From: an uncultured Bacteroidales bacterium
GTDB lineage: Bacteria; Bacteroidota; Bacteroidia; Bacteroidales; SZUA-534
Assembly (NCBI GenBank): GCA_964419235.1
Contig: CAYQPP010000002.1
Location: 1 to 44,693, forward strand
Reading direction: 5' to 3'
DNA: 44,693 nucleotides
The position numbers and the translations under genes were made by a program. Shown in pieces: positions 36,273-44,693 of the stretch (its first letter is position 1; every line of letters begins with the position of its first letter). The notes under the pieces are model-generated. The model ran no database searches. It was not told where the DNA came from and saw only the letters and a program-made list of their open reading frames with translations.

Positions 36273-37781
36273 TTATGCCAACTTATATGGAACGGTAAAA
36301 TAAAAGGCCGATCCTTTACCTTTTTCAGATTTTACTGATATTGAACCACCCATTAACTCGGTATTTTCTTTTGCAATTGATAAGCCAAGCCCCAAACCCC
36401 CATACTCTTTTGATAAATGTTTTTCGGCTTGCGAAAAGCGTTCAAATATTATTTGTTGTTTCTCAGTGTCAATGCCAATACCCGAATCTTTTACATAAAA
36501 CAGAATGTTTTGGTTATTTTGTAAAGAGTACCCTATTTCAATACAGCCCGAATTAGAGTATCTTAAAGCATTGTCAATTAAGTTGTTAAAAACTTTACGA
36601 AGTTTCGACTCATCAACCATAATAGTTGATTCATTATCGGCTAACCCATAATTTACATTTAAAGGCGTTTTATTTTCTTTAGCTTGTTTTTCATACAAAG
36701 TAAATAGCTCTAACAATAAGCTGTTTAAGTTTAAAGGTTTATTAATAACCTTAACCTGTTTAGTTTCTAACTTTGATATTTCGATAATATCTTCAATTAT
36801 TCGTAAAAGCTGATTGCCGCTATTTTTAATTATACTTATATAAAATTTTTGTTGCTCGGCATCAAGGTTGTTGCTTTCAAGCAAATCGGCAAAACCCATT
36901 ATTCCATTCATGGGGGTTCTAATCTCATGGCTCATATTGGACAAAAACTCCGATTTTAGCAAATCGCTCTCTTCAGCTCTCTTTTTTGCAATTAATAGCT
37001 CCCTGTTTTTTTCTATTAGTGCGTTTTCTGTCTTTTTACGATCGGTTAAATCTCTAAAAATCGATATATAGTATTTGTTCTCTAATAGTGTTGTGTTCAT
37101 TTCAATGGGAATAATACTGCCGTCGTTTCTCAACAACTCCCTTTCAACAATAATAGCTTTTCCCGATAGCACCTTATCGTAACGCAAAGGGTGCTTATTA
37201 AGTGAGTTTTTAGAGAATATATTTTCGATTCGTTTATTTATTACCCCATTACGGTTACACCCTATCATATTTAAAATACGACTGTTAACATCAACCATAT
37301 TGCCTTTTAAATCTCCTATGATTATACCATCGCCTGCATTTTCAAAAAGGGTTTTAAACTTATTTTCTTGTTCGCGTATTAGGTTTTCGGCTTCTATCCT
37401 TTTTGTAATATCGTGAATAATAACAAGCCGTGCATCTTTTCCTTTATACGAAATATTTTTTGCGTTAATCTCAACAGGAAATGTAGTACCGTTTTTGCGC
37501 AACGCCGTAACCCTATAAAAGCCTACATACTTTTGTTTAACCTTCTCTAAAATTATCTTTTTGCTATCGTCAACAAATGCATCAATCGACTGCAAACCAA
37601 CCATCTCCTCATACGGATATCCATACATTTTGCAGCCTACATTATTGGCTTCAATAACATATCCGTTTTCGGTAAGGAAAATCCCTTCGGTAGCTGTTAA
37701 GTCAATTATTTTGCACCAGTTTTTCTCTTTCAACATGGCATTTACTTGGTCAATATCATTTTTGTCAAGCCTGTTATCCAA
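36273..37781 (-). CDS. PAS-PAS sensor histidine kinase (soluble)
   Basis: 502 aa. Two PAS modules. H-box FLSNMSHEIRTPMNGIMGF, N-box NLIDNALRYS, DSGIGI, GGLGLGLSI. Confidence 0.88.
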   Translation of the reverse strand: MDNRLDKNDIDQVNAMLKEKNWCKIIDLTATEGIFLTENGYVIEANNVGCKMYGYPYEEMVGLQSIDAFVDDSKKIILEKVKQKYVGFYRVTALRKNGTTFPVEINAKNISYKGKDARLVIIHDITKRIEAENLIREQENKFKTLFENAGDGIIIGDLKGNMVDVNSRILNMIGCNRNGVINKRIENIFSKNSLNKHPLRYDKVLSGKAIIVERELLRNDGSIIPIEMNTTLLENKYYISIFRDLTDRKKTENALIEKNRELLIAKKRAEESDLLKSEFLSNMSHEIRTPMNGIMGFADLLESNNLDAEQQKFYISIIKNSGNQLLRIIEDIIEISKLETKQVKVINKPLNLNSLLLELFTLYEKQAKENKTPLNVNYGLADNESTIMVDESKLRKVFNNLIDNALRYSNSGCIEIGYSLQNNQNILFYVKDSGIGIDTEKQQIIFERFSQAEKHLSKEYGGLGLGLSIAKENTELMGGSISVKSEKGKGSAFYFTVPYKLA

Positions 37782-37850
37782 TTTAGTATTTTATTATTTA
37801 AAATTTGGCATTTATTATCTTTATAGATTTTATGGTGCTAAAAATAGTAT

Positions 37851-39890
37851 TTATTTTAAACTATCAAGATAAATTTCAACCTGTTTTTTTACATTTTCGG
37901 CAGTATAGCCAAATTTTTCATCGAGCACTTTGTAGTTTGCCGAATAGCCAAAATGGGTTAACCCTATTGATTTTCCTATTGCTCCCACAAGTCCCGACAA
38001 GGTTGATGGCAATCCTGCGGTTAATCCTAATGTTGGAATATCCGATGGCAAAATACTGTTTTGATACTCTTTTGGTTGCTCACGAAACAGTCCTTCGGAA
38101 ATGGCCGACACAATTTTTATTTTAAGGTTGTTTTGTTTTTCAAGCAATTTTGCCCCTGCAATCAGGGTTGCAACCTCCGAACCATTTGCTACCAAAATAA
38201 TATCGGGGTTGTCGCACTCTTGAACAGTATATGCTCCTTTTTGAGCCCTTAACGCGCTATCATATTTAGAAATACCGTTAACTGGTAAATCATTTATATT
38301 TTGACGCGATAAAATAAGTGCTGTTGGTGTGTTTTGGTTCTCCATAGCCATTTTCCATGCAACCGTTGCTTCATTTGCATCGGCAGGGCGAAGTGCCAAA
38401 AGGCTAGGTTTGTCAGAGTGGTTTCTAAGCTGCTCTAACAACCGTATCTGAGCCTCCTGCTCAATTGGTTGGTGCGTTGGCCCGTCTTCGCCAACCCTAA
38501 AAGCATCGTGTGTCCATATGTACTTAACCGGTAACTCCATTAGGGCCGACATGCGGATTGCGGGTTTCATATAGTCGGAAAAAACGAAAAATGTTCCGCA
38601 GGCTGCAAATACCCCACCGTGGCTAACTATGCCGTTGCATACCGTTGCCAATGTAAGCTCGGTAACTCCTGCATGAAGAAATTTGCCTGTAAAATCGCCT
38701 TTTGATAGTGGTTTTGTATGTTTTAAGAATCCATCGGTTTTGTCGGAGTTGGCTAAGTCGGCCGATGCAACTATCATATTATCAATTTGTTTTGCATATT
38801 CACCCAATACTGTTGCCGATGCGGCACGAGTTGCAATATTCTCTTTTTGGGCAATGTGTGCATAATCAATTTCAGGAACTTCATTATTCAGGTAACTGTG
38901 TAGTTTTTTTGCCTTTTCGGGATTCTCATTTTCCCACCGGGCTTGAATTTGACGATGTTTTTTTGTGTAATCGGCTTTTATTTTGTTTGCATCGGCGTAA
39001 GTTTGGTTTGCTTCATCAAAAACAACAAACGGGTTGTTTGAGTCTCCGCCCAAATTTTGGATGGTTTTTTCAAACGATGCCCCTGCTGCCGACAAAGGCT
39101 GGCCATGAGTTGAGCATTTTCGCTCAAAATTTTCGGAGCTTTCGGTAATGCTCCCTTTTCCCATAATTGTTTTTCCAATAATTAGGGTAGGTCTTTGGGT
39201 TTCGGCAATAGCATTGTCTAAAGCTTTGCGTATTTCATCGGCATTGTTACCATCAATGGTAATAACATTCCAATTCCAAGCCTCGTATTTTTTTGCGGTA
39301 TCTTCCGAAGTAACATCATCGGTATCGGTTGATAGTTGAATATCGTTTGAGTCATAAAACATTATTAGGTTTGATAAGCCTAAATGGCCTGCCATTCGGC
39401 CTGCACCTTGCGAAATCTCTTCTTGAATTCCTCCGTCTGATATAAAAGTGTAGGTTTTATGTGCCATCCACTCGCCAAACCTTGCCACCAAAAACCTTTC
39501 GGCAATAGCTGCACCAACAGCCATTGTGTGTCCTTGCCCTAATGGACCCGAGGTGTTCTCGATACCCCGTTTTATATCCCTTTCGGGATGTCCCGGTGTA
39601 ACGCTGCCCCATTGGCGAAAGTTTGACAAATCATCCATACTAAAAGTGCCTGTTAATGCTAATTGCGCATATAGCATTGGCGACATGTGCCCGGGGTCTA
39701 AATAAAACCTGTCTCTAAATGGCCATGTGCGATCGTTGGGGTCGTAGTTTAAATACTCAGAGTAAAGAATATTAATGAAATCGGCTCCGCCCATGGCTCC
39801 CCCGGGATGTCCCGATTTGGCTTTCTCTACCATTGCTGCTGATAAAATACGAATGTTGTCGGCTACTTTGTTGGCTGTGTTGTAACTCAT
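37851..39890 (-). CDS. tkt: Transketolase
   Basis: 679 aa. KSGHPGGAMGGADF, ISDGGIQEEISQGAGRMAGHLGLSNLIMFYDSNDIQLS (ThDP motif), GEDGPTHQPIEQ. Confidence 0.93.
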   Translation of the reverse strand: MSYNTANKVADNIRILSAAMVEKAKSGHPGGAMGGADFINILYSEYLNYDPNDRTWPFRDRFYLDPGHMSPMLYAQLALTGTFSMDDLSNFRQWGSVTPGHPERDIKRGIENTSGPLGQGHTMAVGAAIAERFLVARFGEWMAHKTYTFISDGGIQEEISQGAGRMAGHLGLSNLIMFYDSNDIQLSTDTDDVTSEDTAKKYEAWNWNVITIDGNNADEIRKALDNAIAETQRPTLIIGKTIMGKGSITESSENFERKCSTHGQPLSAAGASFEKTIQNLGGDSNNPFVVFDEANQTYADANKIKADYTKKHRQIQARWENENPEKAKKLHSYLNNEVPEIDYAHIAQKENIATRAASATVLGEYAKQIDNMIVASADLANSDKTDGFLKHTKPLSKGDFTGKFLHAGVTELTLATVCNGIVSHGGVFAACGTFFVFSDYMKPAIRMSALMELPVKYIWTHDAFRVGEDGPTHQPIEQEAQIRLLEQLRNHSDKPSLLALRPADANEATVAWKMAMENQNTPTALILSRQNINDLPVNGISKYDSALRAQKGAYTVQECDNPDIILVANGSEVATLIAGAKLLEKQNNLKIKIVSAISEGLFREQPKEYQNSILPSDIPTLGLTAGLPSTLSGLVGAIGKSIGLTHFGYSANYKVLDEKFGYTAENVKKQVEIYLDSLK

Positions 39891-39942
39891 TTTTAAAAAG
39901 TTTTAGTCAGGTTTAATTCCAGATTTTATTTGAAAATCAGTG

Positions 39943-39950
39943 CAAAAATA
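39943..39950 (-). promoter_or_regulatory. Candidate -7 box (TATTTTTG on minus strand) for tkt
   Basis: Plus-strand CAAAAATA equals TAnnTTTG on the minus strand, 53 nt upstream of the tkt ATG. Confidence 0.3.
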
Positions 39951-40218
39951 TCTTTTATTTAGACAATTTCAATTAATTGAATCATTCATTTTATTCACAT
40001 TTTGTTAATAAAATGCTTTAAAGTTTAAATAGTTTTTGTGCAAACGCTAAATTTATATGTTGTAGTTATTGCAACATAACGTGCTATGTGCATTTAGTGT
40101 TAAGCAGCAAAAAGAAAATTTTATAGAATAATTACGAAATAAACTTGAAAATAGCTATCTTTTGAGGCATTTTAAAATAATTCAAACATTATAACCTAAA
40201 TTGAGCGATTCCAAACTA

Positions 40219-42816
40219 ATGTTTAAGCTTTTTTTTATATTAATATTTTTATTAAGCTTTTGGTTTAATGCTGTATCACAAACCTCCGAATCGAAGGTTA
40301 AAGCAGAGTTGATTTATAGGTTTTCTCAATATATTGAGTGGAAAAACGAACCCTTAATTGATACATTTAGGTTTGGGTTGTTAACTAATGATTCTACACT
40401 TATCAGTGAATTTAAAATTATCACTAAATCAACAAATCTAAGGTCAAAGCCTATAAAAGCTTTTGTTTTTGATGAAATTGCCAATTTTGAAACCATGCAT
40501 TGTATTTTTATTGATTATGGTTTTAGGAGGCATATGGCCGAGGTTGCGAGTTTAACAAAAAGAAAAGGGGTATTGTTAATTACATATAACACGCCCGATT
40601 TATTGCTAACCATGATAAATATTTATAAGTCAAAAAAAGAGATGACTTTAAAATATGTTGTCAATAAACAAAATTTAGATGAAGATAACTTTATTTATAA
40701 ACCAGAGCTATTGCTTTATGGTGGTAGTTTGGTTGATATTAAGGAGCTATACATTTCAACTAATAAAAAATTAAGTACAAAAAACAAAGAGCTTGATTCA
40801 ATTAACCGAAATTTGATTGAATTAAAAGAGAAGAGTGCTGAATACAAAACTCAAATTGAGCAAATGTCGTTACACAAACTCACAATGTTGCAACAGGTTA
40901 ATGAAAAAGAGTTAGAGGTGGCAAGGCTTAACAGCGAAATCAGCATTAAGGATTCAAGCTTGAGTAAAAGGAATATTGAACTTCAAACCCAAAAGGAGTA
41001 TAGAAAATTATTATCGAATAAGATTAAAGATAAAATGGATTCTATAGTATTAAAAGAGAGCAACTTAAAGGAGTTAAGCATACTATTGAGCGAGAAAAGA
41101 GATCTGATTTCTGAAAATCAACTATTAATTGATGAACAGCACTTGAAAATTGAGACTCAACAAAAAGGATTGTTAGTAGCTACTGTCTTTACTTTTACGT
41201 TAATTATAATTGTTCTGTTGGTAGTAATAGCACTTAGAACAAAAAAACGGTTAGCAAAGCGATTGGAATATTTGGTTGACATTAGAACAAAAGAACTTAA
41301 TAAAAGCAAGCAATACTACTTTAGTATTTTTGAGAATTCACCGGTTTCAATTTGTGAATTCGACCTATCGCTATTGGTTGATTATCTTAAAAAAAACAAG
41401 ATAAAATTACAAAACGGTAAGTATGCTTTACCCGACAAGCTGATTTTAAAGGCTGTTAAATTAATAAAAATAACAGATGCCAATTTTAAAACCTTAGAGC
41501 TGTATAATGCCAGCAGCAAACATGAATTTATAAAAAAATACGATCAGCTTTTTAATCAAGAATCAGTTGCAGGGTTAAAAAAACTTTTTGAAAAACTGCT
41601 TAATGAGGAAAAACAGTTTGAATTTGAGATAACAAGGATATCTTTAAAAAAAGAGATTAAACATTTGCTGCAAAGTTTTATCGTTTTGCCCGAAGACGAA
41701 GGAAAATATACAAATGTACTTGTATCGATGCTTGATATAACCGACTTGAAAATGTATGAACATGAAATAATTCGTCATCGCGATCATCTTGAAGAGCTGG
41801 TAAAAGAGCGTACAAAAAAAATTGTTGAATTAAACAGCTACTTGTCAAATGCAAACGACGAGCTGCAAAGCAAAAATGAAGATCTATCGGAAAAAAACAA
41901 CCTGTTAAATAAGCAGCAGGGCGAAATATCGGATCTGAACAGCGAACTGATTGAAACCAATACGCAACTTGAGGAGCAAAAAGAGGAGTTGTTGAACACG
42001 TTGTTGCAATTAAAAGATACGCAAATGCAGCTTGTTGAATCGGAAAAAATGGCTTCGCTTGGTATGCTTACCGCCGGAGTAGCGCATGAAATAAACAATC
42101 CTATTAATTTTATCAGCTCGGGAAACCAAGCCTTAGAGATGCTTTTTGACGACATGTGGGATAAGATTGACAATTTTAGGTTTTTGAACAGCGACTCGGC
42201 TTTAGAGTTGGTTGAAAGGGTAAAAGAGTTCTCGAAAGAGGTTGACAACGAGAATTATAAAATAACCATTAAAGAGATAATAGGAAACATTAAAATGGGC
42301 GTTACCCGAATTACCGAGATTGTCGGCAGCCTCCAAAAATACTCATCGAAATCGGAAATAGACACAACCCCTTTTAGTATTAACGACTGCATTAACGATG
42401 CCTTGGTAATTCTAAAAAATAGATATAAATATAAGGTTGAAATTGTAAGGCTTTTTGGCGATACCCCTTTAATTATCTCATCATTAGGTAAGCTCAATCA
42501 GGTTTTTGTCAATATTTTTTCAAATGCATTTGATGCAATAATTGAAAAAGGGGTTGTAAAGGTAACCACCTCCTATAAAAAAAGCGATAATGTTGTAGAG
42601 GTTATTATAAGCGACAATGGCATAGGGATAAACGAAGATGACCTAAACAAAGTTTTTGACCCGTTTTTTACAACAAAAGAAACCGGAAAAGGTACAGGTT
42701 TGGGAATGTACATCTCTTATGGCATTATTAATCAATTGAAGGGTACTATAAAATTTGAATCAAAAGTTGGCGAGGGGACAAAAGTTATTATTGAATTACC
42801 AATAAAATTGCAGTAA
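40219..42816 (+). CDS. Sensor histidine kinase with periplasmic YfiR/DUF4154-like domain and long periplasmic coiled coil
   Basis: The ATG at 40219 (track start is the TTG at 40201) gives the signal peptide MFKLFFILIFLLSFWFNAVSQ. VKAELIYRFSQYIEWKN resembles the YfiR/DUF4154 signature. A coiled coil of about 140 aa precedes one TM (LLVATVFTFTLIIIVLLVVIAL). Then a PAS-like segment, another coil, H-box GVAHEINNPINF, N-box NIFSNAFDA, DNGIGI, GTGLGMYIS. Confidence 0.8.
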   Translation: MFKLFFILIFLLSFWFNAVSQTSESKVKAELIYRFSQYIEWKNEPLIDTFRFGLLTNDSTLISEFKIITKSTNLRSKPIKAFVFDEIANFETMHCIFIDYGFRRHMAEVASLTKRKGVLLITYNTPDLLLTMINIYKSKKEMTLKYVVNKQNLDEDNFIYKPELLLYGGSLVDIKELYISTNKKLSTKNKELDSINRNLIELKEKSAEYKTQIEQMSLHKLTMLQQVNEKELEVARLNSEISIKDSSLSKRNIELQTQKEYRKLLSNKIKDKMDSIVLKESNLKELSILLSEKRDLISENQLLIDEQHLKIETQQKGLLVATVFTFTLIIIVLLVVIALRTKKRLAKRLEYLVDIRTKELNKSKQYYFSIFENSPVSICEFDLSLLVDYLKKNKIKLQNGKYALPDKLILKAVKLIKITDANFKTLELYNASSKHEFIKKYDQLFNQESVAGLKKLFEKLLNEEKQFEFEITRISLKKEIKHLLQSFIVLPEDEGKYTNVLVSMLDITDLKMYEHEIIRHRDHLEELVKERTKKIVELNSYLSNANDELQSKNEDLSEKNNLLNKQQGEISDLNSELIETNTQLEEQKEELLNTLLQLKDTQMQLVESEKMASLGMLTAGVAHEINNPINFISSGNQALEMLFDDMWDKIDNFRFLNSDSALELVERVKEFSKEVDNENYKITIKEIIGNIKMGVTRITEIVGSLQKYSSKSEIDTTPFSINDCINDALVILKNRYKYKVEIVRLFGDTPLIISSLGKLNQVFVNIFSNAFDAIIEKGVVKVTTSYKKSDNVVEVIISDNGIGINEDDLNKVFDPFFTTKETGKGTGLGMYISYGIINQLKGTIKFESKVGEGTKVIIELPIKLQ

Positions 42817-42840
42817 TAAATTATAATGCAACTGTTTATT

Positions 42841-43209
42841 TTAAAGCGAATTATAAGCCTTGTCCAAAGTTTTTAACAACTCATCCTTTTTCCAAGGTTT
42901 AATTATGTACTCAAATATATCTGCTTCGTTTAGCCCCATACTTATTGCCTCCGACAGATAGTAAGCCGACAACAAAAAACATATTTTTTCAGGGTACTTT
43001 TTTTTTATCTCACTAACGAGCTCAATGCCATCCATCTCAGGCATTTTTAAATCTGATATAATAACAGAAACATCCTCACTCTCAATTATTTCCAAAGCCT
43101 CTTGCCCCGAACTTGCTAAGTAAAGTTCAAAATGTTTTTGAAAATTAAATTTGAATAACTGTAAATTGATAAATTCATCGTCAACATATAAAAGCTTAGG
43201 CATTCCCAT
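42841..43209 (-). CDS. Single-domain response regulator (receiver only)
   Basis: 122 aa. LLYVDDE, VIISDLKMPEMDG, LLSAY, IIKPW. Convergent with the DUF4154 kinase gene. Confidence 0.85.
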   Translation of the reverse strand: MGMPKLLYVDDEFINLQLFKFNFQKHFELYLASSGQEALEIIESEDVSVIISDLKMPEMDGIELVSEIKKKYPEKICFLLSAYYLSEAISMGLNEADIFEYIIKPWKKDELLKTLDKAYNSL

Positions 43210-43360
43210 GGATTTTTTTTATAAAAGTAGAAAAATATTCTTTAAAAAAGAATTATCGAAATTATTAAACACATTAAATATTGTTATTGTTGAAACAAAA
43301 ATTGTATTTTTTTGTATAAACCAGAATAAAATATATTTTTGTTGTCGCAAAATAGGGTAT

Positions 43361-44008
43361 ATGAGTAGTAAGATTATAATTTTTTTCTTAAGTTTTTTAT
43401 TCTTAAACATTGTTCAGTATGCACATGCATCTGATGTTAACAAGGAATCGGGTTCAAGTTGGGAGCTTATTAACGACGATAGCGGGATTCAGGTATTAGA
43501 GCGTTGGGTAATTAACGAAAAAAACCTGAAGGTTAAAGAGCGGAGCGGCAAAATGGTTTTAAACTGTTCGGTTACCGAAGTGCTTAATCTTATATGCGAT
43601 ACCAAACGCACCCATTTATGGATGCGAAATGCAGAGCAGGTAGATAAACTTAAAATAGTTAGCGATAAGGAGTGGTATGTACACACCATTTTAGATACAC
43701 CGTGGCCGTTTAACAAACAAGACATGGTATCAAAATACACTATTGTTGATAATGCTGAATCTGATGTAATTATGGTTGTGATTGTGAAAGAAGACAAACT
43801 TTTGCCTCCACAAAAAGATATTGATCGCCTTGACACATTTAGTGCCGTTTGGACTATCGAAAAGGTTAAAAAAAACAGGGTAAAAGTATCATTTACCACC
43901 AAATCGACAAAACCTCCCAAATATCCATCATGGGTTCAGGATCCTATTGTCCGCAATGTATTTTTCAATAACATGAAAAACTTCAAATATCTTCTAAATA
44001 AAGCATAG
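43361..44008 (+). CDS. Secreted START/SRPBCC-like lipid-binding domain protein
   Basis: The internal ATG at 43361 gives the signal peptide MSSKIIIFFLSFLFLNIVQYAHA. WELINDDSGIQVLERW, THLWMRNAE, TPWPFNKQDMV and YPSWVQD match the START-domain pattern (W..., PWP-x-x-x-RD-x-V, IP-x-W). Confidence 0.65.
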   Translation: MSSKIIIFFLSFLFLNIVQYAHASDVNKESGSSWELINDDSGIQVLERWVINEKNLKVKERSGKMVLNCSVTEVLNLICDTKRTHLWMRNAEQVDKLKIVSDKEWYVHTILDTPWPFNKQDMVSKYTIVDNAESDVIMVVIVKEDKLLPPQKDIDRLDTFSAVWTIEKVKKNRVKVSFTTKSTKPPKYPSWVQDPIVRNVFFNNMKNFKYLLNKA

Positions 44009-44029
44009 CTTAAATTTGTTTATATTTGT

Positions 44030-44052
44030 AAATACCTATATCAGGTATTTTT
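44030..44052 (+). terminator. Possible intrinsic terminator after the START-like gene
   Basis: AAATACCT atatc AGGTATTT forms an 8-bp AT-rich stem followed by TT. Weak stem energy. Confidence 0.4.
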
Positions 44053-44069
44053 AGTAAAAACAAAAAATA

Positions 44070-44588
44070 ATGGCTATGAAAAAAAAGAATATTAGATTAA
44101 AAACACTATTGGCAACATGTATCATGGTTGCTGCTTATACAATTATGACAGGGGCTTTTAATACTGCTAAAGGAATTGAAAGCTTAGGGCTTGCAAATGG
44201 GTTTAACAACAATTACATTTATAATACAGTAAAACTCAGTACTGACTCCCTGATTAACAACAATGCCGAAAATGTGGTTATTGCACAAGACAAAAATTCG
44301 GGAAGGGTTTACTGTATAGCAACAGGGCGGTCAACATTAAGGAGCATAAGCGACTTAAATTCGACACAACACATGACTATGGCATGGAAAAAAGCAAAAC
44401 TCGACGCCAAGGTTAAATTGGTACAGGTTATCCACGGTATTCAGCTTATTTACGAAAACGGCGAGGATGGCACAAAAACAAAGGTTAATAGTGAGGGCAA
44501 CCTTGTAAATGCAATTGAATTAGAGAGGAATATAGTAAACGACTCTATTGCCGAAGTTAAGCTAAAGGTTTATCTCGACCAACAATAA
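44070..44588 (+). CDS. Hypothetical secreted or membrane-anchored protein
   Basis: 172 aa. N-terminal basic plus hydrophobic segment MAMKKKNIRLKTLLATCIMVAAYTIMTGA. No motif recognised. Followed by a strong terminator. Confidence 0.5.
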   Translation: MAMKKKNIRLKTLLATCIMVAAYTIMTGAFNTAKGIESLGLANGFNNNYIYNTVKLSTDSLINNNAENVVIAQDKNSGRVYCIATGRSTLRSISDLNSTQHMTMAWKKAKLDAKVKLVQVIHGIQLIYENGEDGTKTKVNSEGNLVNAIELERNIVNDSIAEVKLKVYLDQQ

Positions 44589-44617
44589 AAGATTATATCG
44601 AGTGGGATAATAAAAAA

Positions 44618-44643
44618 CCCGACTGTTAACAGTCGGGCTTTTT
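44618..44643 (+). terminator. Intrinsic (potentially bidirectional) terminator
   Basis: CCCGACTG ttaa CAGTCGGG forms a GC-rich 8-bp stem followed by CTTTTTA and preceded by AAAAAA. Lies 30 nt after the stop at 44588. Confidence 0.75.
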
Positions 44644-44693
44644 ATAATTTAAATTAAACACAGGGTGTTGCCCTGTACTAATGCTTTAGAGGC

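Noticed and set aside
43151-43360. N-terminal 70-aa extension of the START-like ORF (track start 43151).
   Set aside because: The extension overlaps the 5' end of the convergently oriented response-regulator gene (42841-43209) and an AT-rich spacer. The internal ATG at 43361 is followed immediately by a classic signal peptide.

Overview
AT-rich chromosomal window that looks like Bacteroidota. Evidence: an ssb-gldE-gldD gene arrangement, A-rich leaders without Shine-Dalgarno sequences, and several TAnnTTTG-type -7 boxes. No rRNA, tRNA, CRISPR array, transposase or integrase was recognised by eye. Layout: (1) 279-10001 (+) is a polysaccharide biosynthesis/export run: aminotransferase, AsnB-like amidotransferase, GT4, Wza-like exporter, Wzc-like tyrosine kinase, WecA/MraY-family transferase, then a lytic transglycosylase. 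(2) 10872-24091 holds a 7TMR-DISM/PAS/SpoIIE phosphatase and housekeeping genes (dsbD, RNase G, an unannotated 30-aa basic peptide gene, HU, ssb, gldE, gldD, a PPTase) plus an EEP/beta-helix lipoprotein pair. (3) 24187-35110 (-) is the most interesting part. It is a tightly packed nine-gene Che-like operon: 601-aa coiled-coil protein, STAS, CheY, CheA, CheW, CheR, a HisKA/HATPase protein whose phospho-acceptor His is Asn, CheD, CheB. A 2TM-HAMP-GAF-PAS x3 protein with no output domain follows it. No ORF in the window has a canonical MCP signalling tip. (4) 35287-43209 is signalling-dense (two single-domain response regulators, a PAS-PAS kinase, a YfiR/DUF4154-fused kinase), with tkt embedded. 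(5) A roughly 225-bp intergenic repeat occurs twice; the second copy is split by a 207-bp MITE-like element carrying a perfect 24-bp palindrome. All domain calls come from motif recognition by eye; no HMM or database search was run.
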